In this document: one piece after another, positions 17,698 to 26,826 of the stretch | How positions within the stretch are numbered: the first letter of the stretch is position 1 | How the letters are laid out: each line of letters starts with the position of its first letter | Virus record (IMG/VR): IMGVR_UViG_3300017783_005492 | DNA from: an uncultured virus (IMG/VR IMGVR_UViG_3300017783_005492) | Lineage: Duplodnaviria > Heunggongvirae > Uroviricota > Caudoviricetes | Strand: one strand, 5' to 3' | DNA: 64,000 nucleotides | Position numbers and translations under genes: made by a program | The notes under the pieces: generated by a model | What the model was told of the DNA's origin: nothing | What the model saw: the letters and a program-made list of their open reading frames with translations, nothing else | Databases searched by the model: none

Positions 17698-18026
17698 TGA
17701 AAGGTCCAAAAGGCGCAGTTCCAACTACCCGCGGTTGGGTAGACCCGAACTCAGGCGAGTTGCTTAAATCTCAAAAGATTTCGCAATCTCAAATCGATGT
17801 ATGGAATGGTGTGACAACAGCTCCTGTTGTAGAACAGGTTGTTAAGCCTGCTATGACAATGCTAAATGAAGCTCCAGTTGGCGATACAGCCCTTGAAGAT
17901 ATGACTAAGCTTCAGCTAGAAGCATTAGGTAGACAACATGGTGTTGAGCTTGACAGACGTAAAAGTAAGTCTGACTTAATTGATGAAATCGAAGAAATTC
18001 AAGAAGTAACGGACATGTACAAGTAA
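17697..18026 (+). CDS. hypothetical protein with Rho-N/HeH-like C-terminal motif
   Basis: LEDMTKLQLEALGRQHGVELDRRKSKSDLI. Confidence 0.65.
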   Translation: MKGPKGAVPTTRGWVDPNSGELLKSQKISQSQIDVWNGVTTAPVVEQVVKPAMTMLNEAPVGDTALEDMTKLQLEALGRQHGVELDRRKSKSDLIDEIEEIQEVTDMYK

Positions 18027-18060
18027 TATATAAGTTATAATCCACTTATAGAAGTACATC

Positions 18061-18423
18061 ATGATTTTTGAATTAACTGATAAAAACTTGTTGCTATTTG
18101 CAGCACAAAACTATTATAATAAAGTCGGTGCAACTACCGACGAATTTGAAGAAGACTTAAAACGTTTCAAATATATTAAACGATTAGTTAATCGTTATAT
18201 TGAAACTGGAGATCTAGCTGAAAGACTTATTATGAATCATATAGTCGTGGTTCATAATGTTTTTGGTATTGAAGCAGGTGTTAAAATATTAGGACTAAAA
18301 CTAGAAGGAAAACACTGGCCCGTAGTAAAACCTTTTTTAGTGTACCTAAAGTACATTACGTCAGAAGATCTTGCTGGAATTAATCTGGATCCATACGTGG
18401 TAGAGGTGTTGAGAAAGATATGA
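18061..18423 (+). CDS. conserved T4-like hypothetical protein
   Basis: EFEEDLKRFKYIKRL...ERLIMNH...NVFG. Confidence 0.7.
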   Translation: MIFELTDKNLLLFAAQNYYNKVGATTDEFEEDLKRFKYIKRLVNRYIETGDLAERLIMNHIVVVHNVFGIEAGVKILGLKLEGKHWPVVKPFLVYLKYITSEDLAGINLDPYVVEVLRKI

Positions 18424-18986
18424 GTTTACTTACAAGAGCCGGCGATCTAGTCTATACCTTTAGATTTTTGAAGCTTTTAGTTACACCGTTTGAAAAAACA
18501 AAAGCTTTTGAAATGGGCCTCATCGATAAAGATGGGAAAAAACTACGTAAGCCTACAGACGGGAAAGAAAAATCTGTCTATACATATTTTCATAGGCTTG
18601 TGTATAATATTAAGAAGCTAATTCCAGGCAATAGACTTGGTTCTTATGCTGCTATGTTATACTTAATAAAAGAGCATCTTCATATGTCAGAAGATCAGCT
18701 ACTTGAAGTTGTTAAAAAATCAGGTTTAGAACTCACTGATTTTTTAGCCGAAAGTAATATGTGGTTTGTATTAGAAGATAAGATGATGTCTCCTGGAGTG
18801 TACAAAGTTAAGGGTTCTAAAGTCTTAAATTCTACTGCTGAAGAAGTAGTAAGAAAAAACGATAAGATTACTGTTGCAGAAAATTCTTATCCTGTTGGTG
18901 ATGTTTTTGGTATTGACATATATGAAGTTACACATATAAACACAAATCAAGCAATATACGTTACTGCTGGAGAATTAATCAAATGA
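18420..18986 (+). CDS. conserved T4-like hypothetical protein
   Basis: DLVYTFRFLKLLVTPF...AF..GLID..G. Confidence 0.7.
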   Translation: MSLLTRAGDLVYTFRFLKLLVTPFEKTKAFEMGLIDKDGKKLRKPTDGKEKSVYTYFHRLVYNIKKLIPGNRLGSYAAMLYLIKEHLHMSEDQLLEVVKKSGLELTDFLAESNMWFVLEDKMMSPGVYKVKGSKVLNSTAEEVVRKNDKITVAENSYPVGDVFGIDIYEVTHINTNQAIYVTAGELIK

Positions 18987-19165
18987 TAAAATTCAAATCA
19001 TTTTTCGACCTATATAGAGAAGCATTACAAAAAGAAGATGCTCCAGCAAATTCTGTTGCTCAAGGCGGTGTTTCTCTGCCACCTACAATGAAACCTAAAA
19101 AAATGGATAGGCGTTCTAAGTATCATGTTGAGAAAATGTACAAGAGAGCGCTAGGGAAAAAATAA
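18983..19165 (+). CDS. small hypothetical protein
   Basis: MIKFKSFF start; EDAPANS motif; coupled to neighbours. Confidence 0.6.
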   Translation: MIKFKSFFDLYREALQKEDAPANSVAQGGVSLPPTMKPKKMDRRSKYHVEKMYKRALGKK

Positions 19166-19626
19166 TGTTATCACTATTAGGATCACTACTAGGCTTTGCG
19201 GGTTCTGCCGCGCCAGCAGTTATGGATCATTTTAAGTCAAAGCAGAACAATAAATTAGAATTAGATAAGATGCGTCTTCATGCAGAGCTTCGTAAAGAAG
19301 GCTATGATTATGACATGAAGATGTTTGATAAGCAGGCTGCTGATAATGAGCATCAGCGACTTATTGCACATGACACAGCAATTATGCAATCAACCGGTTG
19401 GACATCTGTACTACAAAAATCAGTTAGACCAGTGATTACTTATGCATTTTTTGCATTGTTTGCTACTATTGAAATTACATTATTAATGAATGCTTTGGAA
19501 ATGGGTACTCCATTTGACCAAGCCATACAGCTTTTGTGGGATGAAGACACAAAGGCAATATTTGCTGCTATTATTTCCTTTTGGTTTGGTAGCCGCGCAG
19601 TTGAGAAAGCGAGAAGTAAAAAATGA
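19165..19626 (+). CDS. membrane protein, 3TM-holin-like
   Basis: SVRPVITY and IISFWFGSR motifs with TM helices. Confidence 0.6.
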   Translation: MLSLLGSLLGFAGSAAPAVMDHFKSKQNNKLELDKMRLHAELRKEGYDYDMKMFDKQAADNEHQRLIAHDTAIMQSTGWTSVLQKSVRPVITYAFFALFATIEITLLMNALEMGTPFDQAIQLLWDEDTKAIFAAIISFWFGSRAVEKARSKK

Positions 19627-19829
19627 AAATAGACGAACAAATTATCAACGCCGCCATGACATCAGCCCAAGGCGATATTGAAATCCATAAGACAAATATT
19701 ATGATATATCTAACAAATCCTGCTGGTATTGGAGAACACTCTGATGTAGTAGAAGCTGTTAATGCAGAGCTATGTAAACTAGCCGAAGCAGACGACAGAT
19801 TGGAAATGATTAGCAAATATTTCAAATAA
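19623..19829 (+). CDS. small hypothetical protein
   Basis: NI.IYLTNPAGIGEHSD motif common in marine phages. Confidence 0.65.
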   Translation: MKIDEQIINAAMTSAQGDIEIHKTNIMIYLTNPAGIGEHSDVVEAVNAELCKLAEADDRLEMISKYFK

Positions 19830-19834
19830 TAGCT

Positions 19835-19867
19835 AAAAATAGTGGCTAAAAGTGCCACTATTTTTTT
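19835..19867 (+). terminator. Rho-independent (bidirectional-looking) terminator
   Basis: AAAAATAGTGGC-TAAAAGT-GCCACTATTTTTTT. Confidence 0.75.
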
Positions 19868-19900
19868 GTCTAAAATGCTGATATACCGTTAAATTAATGG

Positions 19901-19929
19901 TGTACAAATACAGCGTTTTGATATATAAT
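19901..19929 (+). promoter_or_regulatory. early/middle promoter for nrdAB
   Basis: TGTACA-17bp-TATAAT, followed by AGTACT. Confidence 0.75.
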
Positions 19930-20000
19930 AGTACTATCAAATTAAAAAATCAAAGGCAACCGGACAGAATTCTCTAGTCCGTATAAAGGCTATTACTTTT

Positions 20001-21986
20001 ATGAAAATTAAAATAGATAAAAAGCGTGATTCGCTATTAGCAGGTTACGCTGTAGGAATGCTTAAAGACTTTTACATGCGCGACAGTGAAAAATCGCCGC
20101 AAGAAGCATATGCTCGAGCAGCAGAAGCTTGGTCAACTTTTCACGGTAAGCTAGATGAAGATTTAGCAGATCGTCTATATCATTATGTAAGTAATAAGTG
20201 GTTTATGTTTGCATCACCTGTTTTATCTAATGCCCCTAATGGAACAAAAAAAGATAAAGGTTTGCCTATCTCTTGTTTTTTAACATATGTACCAGACACA
20301 CTTGAAGGGCTAATTAGCCACAGTTCTGAGCTACGTTGGTTATCAGTATTTGGTGGTGGTGTAGGTGGTCATTGGTCTGACATACGTGCTGTATCTGATA
20401 AGGCACCAGGACCTATTCCGTTTTTGCATACCGTTGATGCTGATATGATTGCATATCGCCAAGGTAAGACACGTAAAGGTTCTTATGCTGCTTATATGGA
20501 TGTGTCTCATCCAGACATTGTTGAGTTCTTAAATTTACGTATCCCTACAGGCGATGTACAACGTAAAGCATTAAACTTACATAACGCCATTAATATTACA
20601 GATGAGTTTATGGCAGCTGTAAGTCAAGGTAAAATGTTTGACTTACGTGATCCTGCTACAGGTGAAGCTACTGACGAAGTAAACGCGCGGAAGCTATGGG
20701 AAAGAATCCTTGAAGTGCGGTTTCGTACTGGAGAGCCATATCTAAATTTTATTGATACGGCTAACTCATATCTACCACAAAGTCTAAAAGACTTAGGGTT
20801 AAAAATTCATGGATCTAATCTTTGTAACGAAATTCATTTACCTACATCTGCAGATCGCACCGCTGTCTGCTGTTTGTCGTCTCTTAACTTGGAGTATTTC
20901 GATGAGTGGAAAGGTACCACTATTGTCGAAGATATTATCACTATGCTTGACAACGTGCTCGAATACTTTATTGAATTTGCACCAGACTCTATATCAAGAG
21001 CAAAGTATAGTGCCGAACGAGAAAGGTCAATTGGGCTCGGAGCAATGGGGTTCCACTCACTATTACACAGACACGGAGTTTCTTGGGAATCAGAAAAAGC
21101 ACAAGAAATAAACGATGTAGTCTTTAGTACAATTAAAGAAAGAGCAGTTACACAAAGTAAAAGACTTGCGGAACAAAGAGGAGAATACCCAGATGGCACA
21201 TCTACCGGTTTACGGCACTCACACCTTATGGCTATCGCACCTAACGCAAGTAGTGGAATTATTTTGTCAACATCACCAAGTATCGAACCACTTAAAGCAA
21301 ATGCATACACACACAGAACAAGAGCAGGAAGCTTCCTTGTCAAAAACAAATACTTAGAAGAAGTACTCGAAAGGTATGGTATCAACAATGAAAGTACATG
21401 GACTTCAATCATTACGAAAAAAGGTTCTGTTCAGCATTTACCGGAGCTTACCGAAGGAGAAAAGGCAATCTTTAAGACAGCTGACGAGCTCGATCAAAAC
21501 TGGGTCGTGCAACATGCAGCAGACAGACAGAAGTACATTTGTCAAGGACAAAGTGTCAACCTGTTTTTCCCAGCTGGGGCAGAAAAATCATATGTCAATA
21601 GAGTCCACCTTAAAGCGTGGAAAGAAGGACTTAAAGGACTTTATTATCTTCGGACAGAAGCTAAACAAAGAGCTGAGACGGTCTCTGATAAAGTAGAACG
21701 TGTAGCTCTACAAGAAGATGATAGAACAATCGTATATGGAAAAGATGATTGTCCATATTGCGCAAAAGCAAAAGAAGAATTGGAATTAAGAGGAATTCCT
21801 TTTGATTATATTAATCTTATGGAATTAGGTAAAACTGCTGCTGAAGTTACAGGCAGAAAAGTAAAAACAGTTCCACAAATATATGTAACAGGAAATTATG
21901 TAGGTGGATATGATGAGCTTATGGCTTTTCTTAATCAGCCTATGTCAATAGAAACCGGCGATGAATGCCGAGCATGCGAGGGTTAA
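20001..21986 (+). CDS. nrdA: class I ribonucleotide reductase alpha subunit with fused glutaredoxin domain
   Basis: ISCFL, GGGVG, SNLCNE, APNASS, GQSVNL, LYYLRT; CPYC...TVPQI Grx domain; C-terminal CRAC. Confidence 0.95.
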   Translation: MKIKIDKKRDSLLAGYAVGMLKDFYMRDSEKSPQEAYARAAEAWSTFHGKLDEDLADRLYHYVSNKWFMFASPVLSNAPNGTKKDKGLPISCFLTYVPDTLEGLISHSSELRWLSVFGGGVGGHWSDIRAVSDKAPGPIPFLHTVDADMIAYRQGKTRKGSYAAYMDVSHPDIVEFLNLRIPTGDVQRKALNLHNAINITDEFMAAVSQGKMFDLRDPATGEATDEVNARKLWERILEVRFRTGEPYLNFIDTANSYLPQSLKDLGLKIHGSNLCNEIHLPTSADRTAVCCLSSLNLEYFDEWKGTTIVEDIITMLDNVLEYFIEFAPDSISRAKYSAERERSIGLGAMGFHSLLHRHGVSWESEKAQEINDVVFSTIKERAVTQSKRLAEQRGEYPDGTSTGLRHSHLMAIAPNASSGIILSTSPSIEPLKANAYTHRTRAGSFLVKNKYLEEVLERYGINNESTWTSIITKKGSVQHLPELTEGEKAIFKTADELDQNWVVQHAADRQKYICQGQSVNLFFPAGAEKSYVNRVHLKAWKEGLKGLYYLRTEAKQRAETVSDKVERVALQEDDRTIVYGKDDCPYCAKAKEELELRGIPFDYINLMELGKTAAEVTGRKVKTVPQIYVTGNYVGGYDELMAFLNQPMSIETGDECRACEG

Positions 21987-22952
21987 ATGTCACTACTAGA
22001 ACAATCAAAAACATACAGACCATTTCTCTATCCATGGGCAGTGGAACTTACAAAGAAACATGAAGAAATCCATTGGGTGGAAGATGAGGCTGAATTATCA
22101 GAAGACGTCCAAGATTGGAAAACAAAATTAACAACTGAAGAAAAAGATTTTATTACTCAAGTCCTTCGGTTGTTTACACAGTCTGACGTTCAGGTTGGTG
22201 AAAACTACCATGAAATGATGATTCCAAGATTTAAGAATAACGAAATACGTAATATGCTATCATCATTTGCTAATCGTGAAGGTGTACACCAAAGAGCATA
22301 TGCTTTGTTGAATGATACACTTGGCTTGCCAGATGAAGAGTTTCATTCTTTCTTAGAATATTCTGAGATGGCTGATAAACTAGATTTTATGTCTCAAGGT
22401 AATATTAATACGCAAACTGGCCTTGCACTAGTTTTAGCCCAATCTGTATTTAATGAAGGTATGTCACTGTTTGCATCTTTTGTTATGCTTCTCAACTTCC
22501 AACGGTTCGGTAAGATGAAGGGTATGGGCACTATTGTAGAATGGTCTATACGCGATGAAACAATGCACGTACAAGGCAATGCTAAGTTATTCCGCGAGTT
22601 TTGTGAAGAGCATCCTAGAGTTGTGAATGATGAACTTAAATCTAAAATTTATGAAATGTCAAAAAATGCTGTAAGACTTGAAGATAACTTTATTGATTTA
22701 GCATTCAACGGTTCAGCTGAAATTCAAGGCTTAACTAAGCAAGAAGTAAAAGACTATATTCGTCATATTGCAGACCGTAGATTACTACAGCTTGGTATGA
22801 AGCCAGTATTTAAGCAAAAAGACAATCCACTTCCTTGGTTAGATTGGGTACTTAATGGTGCTTCTCACGATAACTTCTTTGAAAAGCGTGTCACCGAATA
22901 TTCTGTAAATGGAATGGAAGGCGATTGGGGCTGGGAAGATGAAGCTGCATGA
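21987..22952 (+). CDS. nrdB: ribonucleotide reductase beta subunit
   Basis: REGVHQRAY, EGMSLF, RDETMH, NFFEKRVTEY. Confidence 0.95.
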   Translation: MSLLEQSKTYRPFLYPWAVELTKKHEEIHWVEDEAELSEDVQDWKTKLTTEEKDFITQVLRLFTQSDVQVGENYHEMMIPRFKNNEIRNMLSSFANREGVHQRAYALLNDTLGLPDEEFHSFLEYSEMADKLDFMSQGNINTQTGLALVLAQSVFNEGMSLFASFVMLLNFQRFGKMKGMGTIVEWSIRDETMHVQGNAKLFREFCEEHPRVVNDELKSKIYEMSKNAVRLEDNFIDLAFNGSAEIQGLTKQEVKDYIRHIADRRLLQLGMKPVFKQKDNPLPWLDWVLNGASHDNFFEKRVTEYSVNGMEGDWGWEDEAA

Positions 22953-23101
22953 TAAAAGAATGGCGTATTGAGTGCGATGAATGTGAAGAAGAGTCTAGTG
23001 TACAGGCTGATGTAGACGTATCGTTTTGTCCGTGTTGTGGAAGACGAGCGATTGCTACACTATTAGAAGAAAAGCTAGAATTTGAGGAAGAGGAATACTA
23101 G
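22949..23101 (+). CDS. small zinc-ribbon protein (50 aa; not in ORF track)
   Basis: MIKEWRIECDEC...FCPCCG; ATGA overlap with nrdB stop. Confidence 0.7.
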   Translation: MIKEWRIECDECEEESSVQADVDVSFCPCCGRRAIATLLEEKLEFEEEEY

Positions 23102-23213
23102 TTGTGCTTAAAAAGATCCGAGAGTATTTCAAAAAATTAATTGAAAAAATGGAGTCAAAGAATAAGCCTCCTAAATACCTCGGTGGCCACAAAGACTAGT
23201 AATATATAATTGT

Positions 23214-23618
23214 ATGACATGGTTATACAATGAACAAATATTTGACGAAACCCCAGAAGAATATCAGGGTTTCGTTTACTTAATTACAGAAATAGACACT
23301 GGTAAAAAATACATTGGCAAAAAGAATTTCTGGAAGCCCAAGACTTTGCCTATCACGAAAACCCGTAAAAGGCGAGTCAAAACTCGTGTTGAGTCTGATT
23401 GGAGAACCTACTACGGATCCTCCGTTACAGTTCAAAACCTCATCGAAGAAAAAGGTAATAACAATTTCTCCAAAGAAATTTTAAGACTATGTAAGACTAA
23501 AGGTGAAATGTCTTATTTTGAAGCGAAAGAGCAATTCGACAGAAATGTATTATTTTCTGAAGAATATTATAATGAATTTATAGGATGTAAAATACATGCC
23601 AAACATGTCAAGCTTTAA
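23214..23618 (+). CDS. GIY-YIG endonuclease (T4 endonuclease II-like)
   Basis: GFVYLIT...KKYIGKK, ESDWRTYYGSS, YYN. Confidence 0.8.
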   Translation: MTWLYNEQIFDETPEEYQGFVYLITEIDTGKKYIGKKNFWKPKTLPITKTRKRRVKTRVESDWRTYYGSSVTVQNLIEEKGNNNFSKEILRLCKTKGEMSYFEAKEQFDRNVLFSEEYYNEFIGCKIHAKHVKL

Positions 23619-24282
23619 GTATGTAACTAGAAATACAGTTAACACAGCTCTTAAAATAAATGAAAATATAGAACTTGAAGAACATGTTGTTCAAGATCAA
23701 ACGTATTTCAAAATTAAAAATATATTTGTAGATCCTGAAGCTGCAATAGAATATTTACAAAATTGGCCTGTACTTGCTCCACCTGATTATACATACACTC
23801 CAGGAGGCAGGCAAAACTTTACACCTATTGATGTGGCACCTTTAGTTAAAGCATACGCCAAAATTGCTGATGCTATTAATTCTGTTGAAGAGCCACATAG
23901 CCCTACATCGTTTATTACTGCATCAAACGTAGTATCACCTAACACTAAGTGTTGGGATGGAAGCTGGCATCCTCATGCTGATCATGATATGGTGTTTAAT
24001 TTATGGCTCTGTAATTGGACAGAAGGCACAGGCCTATACACATATAAAGGTGTATATGACTCTAGATATATTAAAGCCGATCAAAAAACAGATAGAAACA
24101 AAATAGTTAATTGGCAAAACTTTTGGTCAGGTGATGACTACGAGCACTACCATACGCTTGAATGTGAGTATAATTCGCTATATGTTTACAACGGAAAGCT
24201 ATTTCATGGCACCATTATGGGAGAAGGTGAAGGATTAAGATACTCACTTATTTCATTTTACCGGCCAAAAGAATCATTTTAA
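23596..24282 (+). CDS. 2OG-Fe(II) oxygenase-like protein
   Basis: PHAD...YN...Y.G.LFHG...R facial-triad pattern. Confidence 0.65.
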   Translation: MPNMSSFKYVTRNTVNTALKINENIELEEHVVQDQTYFKIKNIFVDPEAAIEYLQNWPVLAPPDYTYTPGGRQNFTPIDVAPLVKAYAKIADAINSVEEPHSPTSFITASNVVSPNTKCWDGSWHPHADHDMVFNLWLCNWTEGTGLYTYKGVYDSRYIKADQKTDRNKIVNWQNFWSGDDYEHYHTLECEYNSLYVYNGKLFHGTIMGEGEGLRYSLISFYRPKESF

Positions 24283-24315
24283 TTGAAATTAAATGCAATT
24301 AAATGCATTTTTTCC

Positions 24316-24368
24316 TTTACTTTTTATAAAAACTATGGTATAATAGATCTATAAAATGGAAAAGGAAC
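24316..24368 (+). promoter_or_regulatory. early promoter with conserved leader
   Basis: TTTACT(24316)-17bp-TATAAT(24339), AGATCTATAAAATGGAAAAGGAA. Confidence 0.85.
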
Positions 24369-24374
24369 TAAATT

Positions 24375-24551
24375 ATGCAAAAGTTTGAAGCTAGAAATAT
24401 CCCCCTTCCTATCTGGAAAGAAATCGTTGAATTTTGTGAACAGGATTACCTGAAATATTGGTCACCTAAGTCTATTCAAATGTCTGTAGCCCAAGAGCTT
24501 GGCTATGAAATTGAAGAAATAGATGCAGCATTAGCATCTATACGCTTCTAA
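24375..24551 (+). CDS. small early protein (58 aa; not in ORF track)
   Basis: ATG after the conserved RBS; MQKFEARNIPLPIWKE...; TAATG coupling to next gene. Confidence 0.7.
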   Translation: MQKFEARNIPLPIWKEIVEFCEQDYLKYWSPKSIQMSVAQELGYEIEEIDAALASIRF

Positions 24552-24793
24552 TGAAGAACCCAATAGCCAAATATCTCATGTGTGCATATGCTTACTATGT
24601 AGAAGATGATGCTCTTATTACAGATGCTGAATTTGATGAACTTGGTAAGTGGCTGCTTAAGAATTATGATAGTGTCGAGCATATGCATAAACACTTAGTT
24701 ACAAAAGACGATCTTAATGCAGGCACATATCTTGGTAAGTATCCTTCAATGGTAAAGGGAGCTGTTAAATCATGGCGCATCAGTCAGAAGTAA
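24551..24793 (+). CDS. stand-alone NAD-dependent DNA ligase domain Ia-like protein
   Basis: AYYVEDDALITDAEFDEL matches the LigA YY..D.P.ISD.EYD motif. Confidence 0.7.
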   Translation: MKNPIAKYLMCAYAYYVEDDALITDAEFDELGKWLLKNYDSVEHMHKHLVTKDDLNAGTYLGKYPSMVKGAVKSWRISQK

Positions 24794-24969
24794 TTGAAAC
24801 TAAAGGTCATCCATTTGTTGGTGTTCGCTGGCCTATAATAGGAAGTAAGGGAGATACATATCATGTCGAAATGGTCAACTACGGATTTGAGTGTAATTGC
24901 ATTGCATATTCAAAGTGCAAGCATATCAAAGAGGTCGAGAAAAAAATCTCTAATCAACGCACTTTTTAG
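24772..24969 (+). CDS. SWIM zinc-finger protein
   Basis: GSKG..Y.V...CNC.....CKH. Confidence 0.7.
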   Translation: MAHQSEVIETKGHPFVGVRWPIIGSKGDTYHVEMVNYGFECNCIAYSKCKHIKEVEKKISNQRTF

Positions 24970-25022
24970 TTTACTTTTCAATAAAACTGTGGTATAATAT
25001 TACTATAAAATGGAAAAGGAAA
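24970..25022 (+). promoter_or_regulatory. early promoter with conserved leader
   Basis: TTTACT(24970)-17bp-TATAAT(24993), ATAAAATGGAAAAGGAAA. Confidence 0.85.
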
Positions 25023-25025
25023 CAA

Positions 25026-25247
25026 ATGTATAAAATCGAAACTGACATCAATTACAATTCAACTAAACCGGAAATCAAACTTTTCGCAACAACCCACGGA
25101 TGCGTTTTATCAAAATTCAAAACAAACGGACCGGGCGGTGGAAACCACCTCTGCGAATTCGCATCACATAACAAACATTTCATTATGGAATTATGTGACC
25201 AACTTGATATTTCACACTCAAAAATAACCTACAAACGAGTTATATAA
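25026..25247 (+). CDS. small early hypothetical protein
   Basis: Follows the conserved RBS; NGPGGGN motif. Confidence 0.7.
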   Translation: MYKIETDINYNSTKPEIKLFATTHGCVLSKFKTNGPGGGNHLCEFASHNKHFIMELCDQLDISHSKITYKRVI

Positions 25248-26104
25248 TGATTTTAATTGATTACAATGCTATTGCTATTGGCAACATCATCACTCAAAGA
25301 TTGGACATTGATGAAAATCTAATTCGTCATATGATCCTTAACTCTATCCGTATGTACCGTAAAAGGTTCAAAAAAGAATACGGAGAAGTAGTAATTGTAG
25401 CTGATGGTTGGCAAAACTGGCGTAAAGAAGTATATCCTCAGTATAAGGCTAGCCGTCGTAAAAACCGCGATGCTTCTAGTCTTGATTGGAATGAAATCTT
25501 TCGTATTATCAATGATGTCCGCGAAGACATTAAAGAAAACTTTCCTTATAAGGTAGTACATGTTGGTGAATGCGAAGCTGATGATGCTATCGCTCACATT
25601 GCCTACAATACTCAAGAGTTTGGCCAGTATGAGCCTGTTATGATTATATCAGCAGATAAAGATTTTGCTCAGCTTCAAACAATGTCTAATGTCAAGCAGT
25701 ATTCTCCTATGACTAAAAAGTTTATTGTAGAAGAAAATCCTAGGCTACAGCTTATGAATTTGATCTTATCTGGCGATGGTTCTGATGGTGTACCTAATGT
25801 ACTATCAGACGATGATTGCTTTGTTGAAGGTCGTAGACAAACACCTTTAACTAAGAAAAAGAAAGAAGCTATTATGGTTGACCTTGAAGATGGTGAGCTA
25901 TTATATGCTGCTTCATGGTATCGTAACTATTGCCGTAATAAGCAACTTATCGACCTTAAGGAAACACCTAAGCCTGTAGTAGAAAAAATTATAAATACAT
26001 TTAAGGAACAGGACCCTTGTGATAATAAAGGTAAAGTCTTTCCTTACTTTGTAGACAAACGAATGAAAAATCTACTAGAATCTATAGAGGAGTTTATTTC
26101 ATAA
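25247..26104 (+). CDS. rnh: T4-like RNase H (5'-3' exonuclease)
   Basis: MILIDY, WRK..YPQYKASR, EADD, SADKDF, GD.SDGVPN. Confidence 0.9.
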   Translation: MILIDYNAIAIGNIITQRLDIDENLIRHMILNSIRMYRKRFKKEYGEVVIVADGWQNWRKEVYPQYKASRRKNRDASSLDWNEIFRIINDVREDIKENFPYKVVHVGECEADDAIAHIAYNTQEFGQYEPVMIISADKDFAQLQTMSNVKQYSPMTKKFIVEENPRLQLMNLILSGDGSDGVPNVLSDDDCFVEGRRQTPLTKKKKEAIMVDLEDGELLYAASWYRNYCRNKQLIDLKETPKPVVEKIINTFKEQDPCDNKGKVFPYFVDKRMKNLLESIEEFIS

Positions 26105-26517
26105 TGGCTATGCTGATATATGAGATTATTGAATCTGCTTCTAAAAAAAGAACTAAAGCAGAAAAAATACAAGTTCTCAAAGAGAACAACACCCCGGCTC
26201 TTAGGGATGTCCTAAGAGGAACATACGACCAAAAGATTAAATGGAATCTTCCAAGTGGAAGCCCACCATATACCCCTGCACCTGCCCACGCAGCACCTGC
26301 AAATCTCCAACGAGAAAATAAAAAGTTCAGGTATTTTGTTGTAGGCGGTCCAGATATGTTAAAGGCCAAACGAGAAAGAATGTTCATTGAAGTCTTAGAA
26401 GGTTGTGATCCAAGCGACGCGGAGCTAGTCATAAGCATGATTAACAAAACACCAATTAATGGTATCAGTCGAGCAGTTGTAGATGAGGCATTTCCAGGAT
26501 TATGTACACCTGAATAG
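26104..26517 (+). CDS. conserved T4-like hypothetical protein
   Basis: W.LP.G.PPY, KRE.MFI..LEG; usual neighbour of rnh. Confidence 0.7.
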   Translation: MAMLIYEIIESASKKRTKAEKIQVLKENNTPALRDVLRGTYDQKIKWNLPSGSPPYTPAPAHAAPANLQRENKKFRYFVVGGPDMLKAKRERMFIEVLEGCDPSDAELVISMINKTPINGISRAVVDEAFPGLCTPE

Positions 26518-26550
26518 ATTAGTAGCGTGTCAAACCTAAACCATTATCGA

Positions 26551-26585
26551 AGCACCCACCTTCAACAGGAGGCAGGTGCTTTTTT
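26551..26585 (+). terminator. probable terminator/attenuator hairpin
   Basis: AAGCACC...GGTGCTT followed by a T tract. Confidence 0.55.
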
Positions 26586-26601
26586 ACTTTAAGGAGTTAA
26601 T

Positions 26602-26760
26602 ATGCCAGTTATTCAGTTCGAACGTTTAAGAACAGATATTGAAAATCTAGAGACATACGAACAAAAACTCAAAAAGAAAGGAAAAACCGATCTTCTTAAA
26701 AAAATTCATGAGAAGAAAGAATACCTTAAAACCTATCTTGAAGGAGCGATGGCATGCTAA
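26602..26760 (+). CDS. small hypothetical protein (52 aa; not in ORF track)
   Basis: AAGGAG RBS; MPVIQFERLRTDIENLE... Confidence 0.65.
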   Translation: MPVIQFERLRTDIENLETYEQKLKKKGKTDLLKKIHEKKEYLKTYLEGAMAC

Positions 26761-26769
26761 AATTAAAGG

Positions 26770-26798
26770 TTTACAAATAAGCCTAACTGTGGTATAAT
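26770..26798 (+). promoter_or_regulatory. early promoter
   Basis: TTTACA-17bp-TATAAT with TGG extension. Confidence 0.8.
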
Positions 26799-26826
26799 TA
26801 ACTATAATTGAAATTGGAGCTATATT

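Noticed and set aside
20809..22579. Alternative-frame and antisense ORFs inside nrdAB, and similar short ORFs nested in other genes
   Set aside because: Nested in well-supported genes, with no motifs or RBS
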